63,839 bases of DNA from Bacillota bacterium. Its GTDB lineage: Bacteria > Bacillota > Clostridia > Christensenellales > CAG-138. The DNA lies in assembly GCA_023399275.1 (NCBI GenBank), contig JAEWQH010000052.1, forward strand, positions 1-63,839, read 5' to 3'. Each line of letters begins with the position of its first letter. Position 1 is the stretch's first letter. Below, piece after piece: positions 1-8,900 of the stretch. Position numbers and translations under genes: made by a program. The notes beneath the pieces were generated by a model. That model was not told the DNA's origin and did no database searches. It saw only the letters and a program-made list of their open reading frames with translations.

Positions 1-1
1 G

Positions 2-259
2 AGCATGGTGCTCGGCACCTATCTCTTCGGCGGCATCGGACTGCTCGGCCTGCCGATCACCGTCGCGCTGCTCCACGCGCTCAACAAAGAAGGCGCGATC
101 CATCTCTACAAGATGAGCGACGACGAGCCGGCCGCAAAGACCGCGCCCAAAGCCGATACACCGCCTGCGCCTGACGCGCAGCAGGAATCGCAGCAAGCCA
201 ATGGCGCGGAACCCTCCGAGCCGGAGGGCGCGCCGCACGCAACAAACGCAAAAAAATAA
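2..259 (+). CDS. 3' end of a membrane-protein gene running off the left edge (partial)
   Basis: The frame of ORF 5-259 stays open to the window edge. A hydrophobic helix GTYLFGGIGLLGLPITVALL is followed by a Pro/Ala/Glu-rich tail and TAA at 257-259. Family not recognised. Confidence 0.35.
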   Translation, partial: SMVLGTYLFGGIGLLGLPITVALLHALNKEGAIHLYKMSDDEPAAKTAPKADTPPAPDAQQESQQANGAEPSEPEGAPHATNAKK

Positions 260-293
260 CGGCTCTACCGCTGCAGGAAAGAAGGCGTTTCAC

Positions 294-1022
294 TTGGTCA
301 AGGCGATTGCGCACCGCGGGTTTTCCGCGCGTTATCCGGAGAATACGATGCTCGCATTTGAGCGCGCGCTGGAGCTCGGCGTAGACGGCGCAGAGTTTGA
401 CGTGCAGCTTTCCAGGGACGGCGTGCCTGTCGTTTTTCACGATGAAAGCCTCGCGCGCATCACGGGCGACGCGCGGCTCGTCAAGGAGCTCACGCTGGAG
501 CAGCTGCGCCAGCTCGACGTATCCTACCGTTTCAAGGGCAAATGCCCCGCGCAGCGCATCCCGACGCTGGAGGAGTATTTTTCGCTGGTGCGAGATCGCG
601 ATTTTTTGAGCATCCTGGAGTTTAAAACCGCCATCTTCGAATACGACGGCATCGAACGTCTCGTGATCGACCTCATCCGCCGCTTCGGTCTTGGCGGGCG
701 CATCGTGCTTTCGTCATTCAACCACTATACGCTGTTGCGCTGCAAAGCCATCGCCCCCGAGCTGCCCTGCGGCATCCTCTATGAGTGCCGCATCGCAGAG
801 CCGCAGGACTACTGTCAACGGCTTGGCATGCAGTACCTGCACCCGGACTATCGGTTTCTGAGCGATGAAGAGCTTGCGAAATACGAACGCGCCGGCATCA
901 GGACCAGCCCCTGGACGGTGGACGAAGATGCGGATATCCGCTATCTGCTCGGCCAGCCGAACATCTTCGCCATCATGAGCAACAAGCCGGACCGGGTGCT
1001 CGCCTTGCGAAACGATGCCTGA
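294..1022 (+). CDS. glycerophosphodiester phosphodiesterase (GDPD family)
   Basis: GDPD motifs AHRGFSARYPENT and VVFHDESL are present. The ORF-track ATG at 201 overlaps the upstream gene. An in-frame TTG at 294, 8 nt after GAAGG, gives the typical N-terminus (M)VKAIAHRG. Confidence 0.8.
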   Translation: MVKAIAHRGFSARYPENTMLAFERALELGVDGAEFDVQLSRDGVPVVFHDESLARITGDARLVKELTLEQLRQLDVSYRFKGKCPAQRIPTLEEYFSLVRDRDFLSILEFKTAIFEYDGIERLVIDLIRRFGLGGRIVLSSFNHYTLLRCKAIAPELPCGILYECRIAEPQDYCQRLGMQYLHPDYRFLSDEELAKYERAGIRTSPWTVDEDADIRYLLGQPNIFAIMSNKPDRVLALRNDA

Positions 1023-1070
1023 TTCCCCCGCCGCAACGCTGCCGAACTCCGGCAGCTTTTTTCTTGGCTG

Positions 1071-2687
1071 CTATGCGCTGCCCCTGGGCGGCGCGAACCG
1101 GGAGATGACGGCCTCCGCGGCCTTGAGTCCGTCGATCGCGGCCGAAACGATGCCGCCGGCATACCCCGCGCCCTCGCCAACCGGATAGACACCTGCGCAG
1201 GATACGCTCTCCATATCCGTCCCACGCAGGATGCGAACCGGCGCGCTCGTGCGCGTCTCAACGCCGGTAAGCACCGCGTCGTCCCGATCATATCCGCGCA
1301 ACTGCCGGCCAAAGGCTCGCATCCCGTCGGCGACGCCCTGCGCCACAAACGGCGGCAGCACACGCCAAAGGTCGCAGCTGGCGACGCCTGGGCGATAGGA
1401 TGGCTGCACCGCACCAAATCCGCGGGGCCGTTCGCGCCGCAGAAATGCGCCAAGCGTGCTCGCGGGCGCTATGCCGCCTCCGCCGCCCGCGCGGTATGCC
1501 GCCTGCTCCATCTGCTGCTGAAAGCGCACGCCGCCCAGCACCCCTTCCGAAAAATCGCCGGGATAAACCTGCACCACCACGGCGGCATTGGCGTTCTGGG
1601 CATCTCGCGCATAATCACTCATGCCGTTGACAACGATCTCGCCATCCGCGGACGCTCCCGCGATCACGAGGCCACCGGGGCACATGCAAAACGTATAGAC
1701 GCCGCGACCGCCGGACTCTGCGCTGAGGCGGTACTCCGCCGCGCCAAGACGCGGATGTCCGGCATATTCGCCGAACTGCGCGGAATCGATCATCCTCTGC
1801 GGATGCTCCACCCGCACACCGACGGCGAAGGGCTTCGGTTCCATGGCGATGCCCGCGTCCGCCAACATTTGATAGGTATCCCGCGCGCCTTGGCCAACGG
1901 CAAGCAGAAGCGTCGCGCAGTCCGTGCGTTCCGTCCCGCCTGGCGAGAAGATCTCCGCCCGCGCGAGCCTGCCATCGGCCGATTCCAACCCGGTCAGCTT
2001 CGTGCGAAAGCGCACCTCGCCCCCGAGCCGCTCGATCTCCCTGCGCATGGTAAAGACCACGCCACGCAACCGGTCCGTGCCAATATGCGGCTTTGCGGCA
2101 ACGGCAATCTCCTCCGGCGCGCCAAAGCGAATGAGCGTGCGCAGCACCTGCTCCCCGCGCGCGTCCTTGCTGCGCGAGGTGAGCTTTCCATCTGAAAACG
2201 TGCCCGCGCCGCCCTCGCCAAACATGACGTTGGAATCCTCGTCCAGTTCACCCGTCGCCCAGTAGCGCTCCACCCGCGCGGCGCGCTGCTCCACCGGGTC
2301 TCCGCGCTCGAGCACCAGCGGTGCATAGCCGTACCTCGCCAGTTCATATGCCGCAAAGAGGCCTGCCGGGCCGAGCCCCGCCACGACGACGCGTCCGCGC
2401 AGGGACTCCGTTCCCGACGGGACCTCGCGCTCCCCCGCTTCGGCATAGGCTTCGGCCCGCGGATTGGCGTGGCTGAGCAGCCGCTTTGCCGCCGCATCGT
2501 CAACCTCCGCCACGGCGGAAAGCAGAAAATGCACATCCTGTTTCTTGCGCGCATCCAGCGCGCGGCGCAGCACGCGCACGCAGGAGACCTGCCGCGCGTC
2601 GAGACCCAGCAGGTCGGCAATGCGAAAGGAGAGCTGCTCGTCGCCTTCCGATAGCGGTTGCTTGATGTTTTGGATGCGCAGCTTCAT
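1071..2687 (-). CDS. FAD-dependent oxidoreductase, COG2509-like (NAD(FAD)-utilizing dehydrogenase)
   Basis: Dinucleotide-binding motif VVVAGLGPAGLFAAYELARYG...LERG. Length (538 aa) and C-terminal GEGAGYAGGI motif are typical of this family. Confidence 0.8.
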   Translation of the reverse strand: MKLRIQNIKQPLSEGDEQLSFRIADLLGLDARQVSCVRVLRRALDARKKQDVHFLLSAVAEVDDAAAKRLLSHANPRAEAYAEAGEREVPSGTESLRGRVVVAGLGPAGLFAAYELARYGYAPLVLERGDPVEQRAARVERYWATGELDEDSNVMFGEGGAGTFSDGKLTSRSKDARGEQVLRTLIRFGAPEEIAVAAKPHIGTDRLRGVVFTMRREIERLGGEVRFRTKLTGLESADGRLARAEIFSPGGTERTDCATLLLAVGQGARDTYQMLADAGIAMEPKPFAVGVRVEHPQRMIDSAQFGEYAGHPRLGAAEYRLSAESGGRGVYTFCMCPGGLVIAGASADGEIVVNGMSDYARDAQNANAAVVVQVYPGDFSEGVLGGVRFQQQMEQAAYRAGGGGGIAPASTLGAFLRRERPRGFGAVQPSYRPGVASCDLWRVLPPFVAQGVADGMRAFGRQLRGYDRDDAVLTGVETRTSAPVRILRGTDMESVSCAGVYPVGEGAGYAGGIVSAAIDGLKAAEAVISRFAPPRGSA

Positions 2688-2759
2688 GCGTGCCCCCCCT
2701 TGCGGTATGACAACGGCGGAGCGAATGCCCCGCCGCCGAATGATTCTGTTTGCCAGCCG

Positions 2760-4052
2760 CTAGGACTGGTCAATGGTCACCGTCACCTCGGTGACGGAGA
2801 GCGTGGTCGTCAGCTCGATGGTTGCCTCTTCGTCACGCACCAGCACGGAGACCGGCAGCTTGTATACGCCGGGCGTCAAGCCTGCGATGTCCACAAAGAG
2901 CTGCACATCGCTGCGTGAGAGGATGCTCACAAGGCTGTAGCGCCCCTCCACGGTCAGATCCGCCGCGGCGATGCTCAGCGAGACGTTGCCTCTGCCCTGC
3001 TTGCCATGCACCTGAATCTCCAGCTGCTCAAACGTCTGGGAGATGACCATTTCGCGCACCTCGAGCAGCACCGAGACCGTCTCGCTGTCGAGCAGGCGCA
3101 CGCCGTCCGGCACGATGAGCTCTCCGCTGACGGTCATCGTGGAATCCAGCCCGTTGATCGCGATCGGCTCCAGCGTGATGCTGTCGATCTGATCCAGCGC
3201 AGCCTGATCGCCCACAAGCCGGACGGTGGAAGGCGTTGCGACCGCTTTGACGATCTCGTGGTTTGCGGCGAGGTTGTCCGCGCCGACGAGCGAACTCTCC
3301 ACATCGACCGGCACGTTCTTCATCGGATAGATCGGCAGCCGCACCGTAGACGTCGGCAGCGTGCCGATGATGATATCCGACGAAACGATGTTGTTGTTCT
3401 TGTCGTAAAACGTTACGTCAAACGTGCTGTAGATCGTGCCGGTGCGGTCGGCGAGGTCTACCACGCATTCGCCATGCGTAATGGTGGAGATATCCGTCTT
3501 CGGCCCCGTGATATCCAGGCGGGACGTCGTGGAGAGCGCGTCCATATCCGCCCAGTATCCATCCGGAAGCTGGCCGGTAAACGAGGTTGTGATCGGAATC
3601 GTCTTGGTCACCAGCGTGTCGATCTCAACCGTAACCGTAGCCGGCGTGATCGACTGTACCACCCCGAGCGACGAGGTGACCGTCGCCTGAATCGGCAGCT
3701 CATACACGCGCGCCTCGCTGATGTTGCGCAGGCTGATGGAGGCGATGATCGAGCTGGGGGTAACGTATGCGTAGTTGGTGATCTGCGTGCGCACCTTGAC
3801 GGTGACATCCTGCAGGATATCCGCGCGGCTTCCGCGCACACAGTATCCCTGCGCGATCAATTCCGCCTCGCCGTCGAAACTCGTCGCGACGTTGGTTACC
3901 TCTTTTTCGCGCATGGGTTTCTGATCCGTGAGCACATAACCCCACAGCAGCATGGCGAACACGAGCGCGATCACCTTGAGCGCAAGGTTCTTCGTAAAAA
4001 AGCCCTTTAACCCCGCCAGAAGCTTCGCTTTGTCTATCTTAGGAATGTTCAT
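2760..4052 (-). CDS. cdaR: CdaR, YbbR-domain regulator of diadenylate cyclase
   Basis: One N-terminal TM (LALKVIALVFAMLLWGYVL) followed by repeated beta-rich YbbR-like modules. Start trimmed to ATG 4052 behind GGAGGGG. It overlaps the cdaA stop by 14 nt, as in cdaA-cdaR operons. Confidence 0.75.
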   Translation of the reverse strand: MNIPKIDKAKLLAGLKGFFTKNLALKVIALVFAMLLWGYVLTDQKPMREKEVTNVATSFDGEAELIAQGYCVRGSRADILQDVTVKVRTQITNYAYVTPSSIIASISLRNISEARVYELPIQATVTSSLGVVQSITPATVTVEIDTLVTKTIPITTSFTGQLPDGYWADMDALSTTSRLDITGPKTDISTITHGECVVDLADRTGTIYSTFDVTFYDKNNNIVSSDIIIGTLPTSTVRLPIYPMKNVPVDVESSLVGADNLAANHEIVKAVATPSTVRLVGDQAALDQIDSITLEPIAINGLDSTMTVSGELIVPDGVRLLDSETVSVLLEVREMVISQTFEQLEIQVHGKQGRGNVSLSIAAADLTVEGRYSLVSILSRSDVQLFVDIAGLTPGVYKLPVSVLVRDEEATIELTTTLSVTEVTVTIDQS

Positions 4053-4905
4053 GCGACCCCTCCGTCGGTTTGCGCTTGAGCCAGCTAAACGCCGAGGCGC
4101 CGCCCGTCTGCCGCAGCAGGCTCTCCAATACGTTGGAGAGCGCCTTTGCGTCGATGTAGCGCACGAGCTTTCCATCCCGCGCAATGGAGATCGCCCCCGT
4201 TTCCTCGGAGACGATGATGGTTATGCTGTCCGAAACCGTAGATACGCCGAGCGCCGCGCGGTGGCGCGTGCCCAGCTCGCGGGAGACGGAAAAATCGTCT
4301 GACAGCGGTAGAAAGCACCCTGCCGCGAGGATGGTGGACCCGCGCACGATGACCGCGCCGTCGTGCAGCGGCGTATTCGGCTCGAAGATGTTTTCGATCA
4401 ATGCGCCGGAGAGGATCCCCTCGATGCGTGTGCCGGTACCAACCAGATCGCCAAGGCCGGTCTTTTGCTCAAACACGATCAGCGCGCCGACGCGCCGGTG
4501 GGACAGCGAGAGGATCGCCGATTGCATATCCCGAATCAGCGCGTTGCTCTGCACGCTGGCGGAATCAAACCACCCCCTGCTAAGCCGCTTGCCGCTCCTG
4601 CCCAGCTTTTCGAGCACGCGGCGGATCTCCGGCTGAAAGAGGATGAAGAGCACGATGATGATGGAGCCCGAAGTCAAAATCGAATCGAGCAGCCAGCTGA
4701 GGATGGTCAGCGAGAGCAGCTGCGCCGCGATCGAGCATAAGAACAGAAGCCCCACGCCTTTGAGCACCTCGTAGGCGCGCGTCTCCTTCGTCCAGACGAT
4801 GAGCTTATAGATCAGCACGGTGATGATCGCGATGTCGAGAAAGTCCTGTATGAAGAACTGCGAAAAGCCGCTGGATAGAGCATTCGTAATGCTGGTATAC
4901 GACAT
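4039..4905 (-). CDS. cdaA: diadenylate cyclase CdaA (c-di-AMP synthase)
   Basis: Three N-terminal TM helices plus DAC-domain motifs HDGAVIV and GTRHRAALG. Start trimmed to ATG 4905 behind GGAAAGGAG. Confidence 0.9.
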   Translation of the reverse strand: MSYTSITNALSSGFSQFFIQDFLDIAIITVLIYKLIVWTKETRAYEVLKGVGLLFLCSIAAQLLSLTILSWLLDSILTSGSIIIVLFILFQPEIRRVLEKLGRSGKRLSRGWFDSASVQSNALIRDMQSAILSLSHRRVGALIVFEQKTGLGDLVGTGTRIEGILSGALIENIFEPNTPLHDGAVIVRGSTILAAGCFLPLSDDFSVSRELGTRHRAALGVSTVSDSITIIVSEETGAISIARDGKLVRYIDAKALSNVLESLLRQTGGASAFSWLKRKPTEGSHEHS

Positions 4906-4961
4906 TTTGCGTTCTCCTTTCCTCAGGCCGCGCATCCGCGCAAAAGCGCGCAGAGCGCCGG

Positions 4962-5162
4962 CTATTCTTCGATCACATGGCCGGCGATATCCGTTTCGTA
5001 AGCGATGACTTTTTCATTGAGCGTCTTGCCCGTAAGTTTGCCGGATTCTTCATATTCCCGCACAGCGAGCTCCGCAAGCTCTTTTTGCCGGCGCAGGCCT
5101 TCGTCATCCAGCACGGGCTCCTCGATGGGAAGTCCGTCCAACTTGCGCACCTTTGTTTTCAT
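4962..5162 (-). CDS. small acidic hypothetical protein (66 aa)
   Basis: The internal ATG of ORF 4962-5378 gives MKTKVRKLDGLPIEEP...GHVIEE (net charge about -6). Same strand and immediately upstream of cdaA. No family recognised. Confidence 0.4.
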   Translation of the reverse strand: MKTKVRKLDGLPIEEPVLDDEGLRRQKELAELAVREYEESGKLTGKTLNEKVIAYETDIAGHVIEE

Positions 5163-5392
5163 AACAGATTCCTGCCTAACATTTCTATTATAACATACCG
5201 ATTGCGGCGCGTCGGGAGAAAAATTTGAAATTTCCGTGGCGTTTTCTCCGCGCGTGCAGCGGCCTCTTTGGCGCTTTGCAGCCCGGAAAACGGGCCCCGC
5301 GTCACATCCGCCATCTTTTACTTTATTATTTGCATAAGAACGTGATAAAATCAAGTGAAAGCATATCATCCCCTGCATCTGAGGGAGGTTTT

Positions 5393-5968
5393 ATGTCGAT
5401 TCTTCTCTACCACGGCTCCCCGACCGGCAAAATTCAAACGCTGATGCCCTTTACCGCGGATCACGGCAAGCCATACGTGTATTTCACAACCAGCGACGTA
5501 TCTGCGGCGCTCTATGCCGCGCGCGCCGTCGAGCGCCCGCACTACTGGGTTCCCTGCAGCTACGACGCGCAGGGCAGGCTCGTCTACACCGAGGTGTGGG
5601 AGCATGCCTTTGCGGATGTTTTTGCCGGCAGAAGCGGCTATCTGTACTGCTGCGAGGGAGACGACAAAGCGCTACTGCGCTTTCCGACGCATCAGAGCCT
5701 GCGCCTCTCCGCAAGGCCGGTTGGTGTTCTGCGCAGCGAGCGGATCGACGATCTGCACGCGTGGTTGCTCAAGCGGGCTGCGGAAGGGCGGCTCGTCATC
5801 CAGCGCTACGAATCGCTTGCACCCGAGCAGCTCTCGCTTTGGCATGGCATGGCGCTCGAATCGCTCGCAGGCAGCTTCTCCGGCACGGAGACGGACAACG
5901 CTTTCGCCCGGTTTGTGCGCGAGAAGATGCCCGCCGTATGGGAGCGCTTCTTGCTGGACGCGCGGTAA
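5393..5968 (+). CDS. hypothetical protein (191 aa) with PARP-like H-Y-E motif order (possible ADP-ribosyltransferase fold)
   Basis: Start trimmed to ATG 5393 behind GAGGGAGG. Motifs LLYHGS, YVYFTTSDVSAALY and VYTEVW occur in order. A rho-independent terminator follows. Confidence 0.55.
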   Translation: MSILLYHGSPTGKIQTLMPFTADHGKPYVYFTTSDVSAALYAARAVERPHYWVPCSYDAQGRLVYTEVWEHAFADVFAGRSGYLYCCEGDDKALLRFPTHQSLRLSARPVGVLRSERIDDLHAWLLKRAAEGRLVIQRYESLAPEQLSLWHGMALESLAGSFSGTETDNAFARFVREKMPAVWERFLLDAR

Positions 5969-5982
5969 TCCTCCGCCCTTTT

Positions 5983-6008
5983 GCCCGCAGGAAACGCGGG
6001 CTTTTTTT
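5983..6008 (+). terminator. intrinsic terminator after the 5393-5968 gene
   Basis: GCCCGC-aggaaac-GCGGGC followed by TTTTTTT. Confidence 0.6.
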
Positions 6009-6262
6009 CTGCCCGCCCCGGCAGGCTCCGCGGGGAAAACAGCTCCGGGCTTGTGCAGGCCGAAGTCCGAACCCCATCCAAACCGGTCATGGCGGCGTCT
6101 CTGTGCGTTTTGCCGCTCAGGTGCCTAAATGGCGAGCGGCAAAACGCAGTTCCATCGTCAAAAAGCCGGCTTTTCGGCAGATCGAAGCGCCGCGGGTTTG
6201 ATCCCGCGGCGCTTTCGCCCGGCGGCTTCGCCGGTATGGATCGGAAGCGGTCTTTCTCCCGC

Positions 6263-8830
6263 TTAGTAGTTCCGAACCGTCGGCGTCCAGTACTGCCCGC
6301 CGTATACATCCGTAATGCGGTAGGTCATCTGCCAGTTTACGTCGCCGAGCGTCGCGTTGCCGATGGTCCACTCGCCCGTTGCAATCATCTGCTCGCCGAG
6401 GTAGTATGCATCGCTAAACGAGCCGTCGTAATCGTAATAATCGCATAGGAAGTCGATCACGTCCCCTTCGACGATCTCCACGAGCCCCTTCATAACCGTC
6501 TCGGTCGAATCGGCGCCGTAGTCGTACTGCGCGCCGAGCACTGCGCCGTAGGGGTTTGCATCGCTAAACTCCAGTATGATGTTCACGCGCGTGCCGTTGA
6601 GCAGCGCCGGAACGCGCCCGAGGATCGTGTAGCTCTCGTCCACCTGATCTTCGCTGACCAGATAGTAGGCGACGATCTGCCCGTTGAGCGAAAGCCACGT
6701 GCCGTCGTAAGCCATGATGAGGTCGTTGTCCTCATCGTAGTCCGCCACGTTGTCGAGCCCGAGGTCGATGTAGCCGGTTCCGTCGTCGATATAGACATTT
6801 TGCTCGAGCGTGACCACGCTGCTCCACTGTTCCTCGGTGAGCACCAACGTGGGCGTGTCCCCCTTATAGGTGAGCATGAGGTTGGCAAAGCCCGCGTTGT
6901 TCTGCTGGTAAGCGCTCAGCGAACTGCGCACGAGCTCCTCGTCTACCCAGCTGGAGTCCCGATCCCCCGTCACCGCGCTGCGGTTGGAGAGGAAGAGGTC
7001 GAGCAGTTGCGAAACCGTGTCGCTCGAGCCGCTCGCGGTATCGCTGCTGCTGATCGAGCCGCCGAGCAGCGAACCAAGCAGACTGCCGGAGTTGTCGCCG
7101 AGCAGCGTGCCAAGCGCGCTGCCGCTCGAACCGCTGGCGACCTGGCCGCCCGCGGCGATGGAGGCAAAGCTCTTGATGCACTCTGAGTAGCTGCGATCCA
7201 GTCCGATGGCATCATAGGTCTGGATCGCCGTGCTGACCTTGTTCATCGACTGGTACGGGAAGTAGATGGACAGCCCGTTTGCGTGCGTGATGCTCGTGGA
7301 GTTTCGGTTGTACTTGACCGCGCCGCGCAGCACCTGCGCCAGCGCATCCGACTCCGCGGTATCCAGATTCTCCGCAAAGTGGATCAGGTCGATCTGGTTG
7401 ATCTTACTGCTCGTCGAAAAATCGCGCGCACTGCTTCTGGCGGTCGCAACGGTGTTAAACCCGTCCCCCGCGATGAGCTCGCTCGTAGCGGAAGAAAACG
7501 CGTTGAACGCCGAGGGCGCTGTGGCGCTCAGCTCGGCGAGGTCCGTGAGGGAGAGCGTAAGCTGGTTGCTGCTTCCGCTCATCTTGACATAATCATCTAT
7601 GATCTGCTTGCCGAGATCCACGGTATCCATCGCGGGATCCGCGGAGAGCGCAGTCAGCCAGTTGGTATAGTACCAGCCCGTGCCCGGCTCCACCGCCTCC
7701 GAGGCGAGCAGGTAATCGCTGTATTGCCCGGCGACCAGCGCGGTCTCCAGCGTAGCCATCAGGCACGCGTCGAAGCCGATGACGTCAAAGCGCACGCCGC
7801 CGGCCTTGAGCGCCTCGTCGATCTCGTCGAGACTCATGCTGTCGCCCGTAAAGAGCTCGTCGTAGCCATAGGCGGTCAGCGAGCCGCCGCCGTGATCCCA
7901 GAAGACGAGCATATAGCGATCCGCCGGAAACTGCTTGGCGGAAAAGCGAATGAAGTCCGCCAGCGTATCCGGATCCACCATGGAGCGCTTGCCGACGTTT
8001 GCATCCAGCGTCTCCAGCCCGCCCGACTTGACGCGGAATCGCTGGTTGGTGCCGCTCTTTACGACCTGATTCTGCCAGGTAGATGTGCCGCCGGTCTCAA
8101 CGATCAGGTTGATGTTGCTTCCGAGCGTCGCGCTGACCATCTCTTCGAGGTCCGATGTTGCCATGCCGCTCTTGCTCTCCAGGTCGGTTCCGCACATATA
8201 GACCATCACGGTGACGGTCTGGGCGGATGCGGTATCAGTGAATTTATCACGCGCCCCCGCTGCGACCGTCCGGTCCGGCTCATGCGCCTTATAGACCTCC
8301 TCGGACCCGGAGGCGGCCGCGATCTGGCCGGACGTGCTCCCGTAGGTGCCGAGCAGGGAGCCGAGCGCATCCGATACCGAGCCGGACGAGCCGGAGTCGC
8401 TGGTATCGCTCGTGTCAATGCTGCTCAAGCCGGAATCCGTGGTGTAGCTCTCCAGCAGTCCGCTGAAAAGGCCGCCCGAGCTCGTGCTGCCGGAGCACAT
8501 CTTGAACACAACCACGATGCCGACCACGATGAGCGCAAGCACGAGCAGCCGCCCAAGGCAGCTGCGCTTGTTTGACCCGTTTCCGGAGTTGTTGCTCGCT
8601 CCGCCGACGAGCAGCGCGAGCAGAACCGCCAGCAGGCCGCCTCCGCCGCTGCCCAAACCGCGGTTCCCGCCGGACGAACTGCCGGACGAACCGCCGGATA
8701 CGCCGCCGGACGAGCCGCGCCCTCCTCCGCCGACGCTGCCGCTTCCCAGGCCGCTGCCGCGGCGATATGCATTTCCCCCGCCGGAGACGGTCCTTCGGGA
8801 CCTTCCCCCCGGTCTGTTTGCAGGACTCAT
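6263..8830 (-). CDS. membrane-anchored clostripain-family (peptidase C11) protease
   Basis: C11-like core: VMVYMCGTDLES...YMLVFWDHGGG...FDVIGFDACLMATLE (His/Cys dyad context). The N-terminus is Gly/Ser/Arg-rich and followed by TM segments. AGGAGGG SD lies before ATG 8830. Confidence 0.8.
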   Translation of the reverse strand: MSPANRPGGRSRRTVSGGGNAYRRGSGLGSGSVGGGGRGSSGGVSGGSSGSSSGGNRGLGSGGGGLLAVLLALLVGGASNNSGNGSNKRSCLGRLLVLALIVVGIVVVFKMCSGSTSSGGLFSGLLESYTTDSGLSSIDTSDTSDSGSSGSVSDALGSLLGTYGSTSGQIAAASGSEEVYKAHEPDRTVAAGARDKFTDTASAQTVTVMVYMCGTDLESKSGMATSDLEEMVSATLGSNINLIVETGGTSTWQNQVVKSGTNQRFRVKSGGLETLDANVGKRSMVDPDTLADFIRFSAKQFPADRYMLVFWDHGGGSLTAYGYDELFTGDSMSLDEIDEALKAGGVRFDVIGFDACLMATLETALVAGQYSDYLLASEAVEPGTGWYYTNWLTALSADPAMDTVDLGKQIIDDYVKMSGSSNQLTLSLTDLAELSATAPSAFNAFSSATSELIAGDGFNTVATARSSARDFSTSSKINQIDLIHFAENLDTAESDALAQVLRGAVKYNRNSTSITHANGLSIYFPYQSMNKVSTAIQTYDAIGLDRSYSECIKSFASIAAGGQVASGSSGSALGTLLGDNSGSLLGSLLGGSISSSDTASGSSDTVSQLLDLFLSNRSAVTGDRDSSWVDEELVRSSLSAYQQNNAGFANLMLTYKGDTPTLVLTEEQWSSVVTLEQNVYIDDGTGYIDLGLDNVADYDEDNDLIMAYDGTWLSLNGQIVAYYLVSEDQVDESYTILGRVPALLNGTRVNIILEFSDANPYGAVLGAQYDYGADSTETVMKGLVEIVEGDVIDFLCDYYDYDGSFSDAYYLGEQMIATGEWTIGNATLGDVNWQMTYRITDVYGGQYWTPTVRNY

Positions 8831-8900
8831 GTTGTTTCCCTCCTGTGTGTCGTTTCAGAAACGCGGCATTGCGCGGTTTCCCGCGCCGCCGCAGATACTT

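Noticed and set aside
6009-6262. A cluster of hairpins, including a perfect 14-bp stem GCGTTTTGCCGCTC / GAGCGGCAAAACGC (6106-6148), with overlapping small ORFs between convergent genes.
   Set aside because: It sits in a convergent intergenic region and is most simply explained as stacked or bidirectional terminator structures. The overlapping ORFs are Arg/Pro-rich with no SD.
8669-8716. Short GC-rich tandem repeats, checked as a possible CRISPR or minisatellite.
   Set aside because: The units are 12 nt, contiguous with no spacers, in frame, and inside the C11 gene, where they encode Gly/Ser repeats. This is not a CRISPR array.
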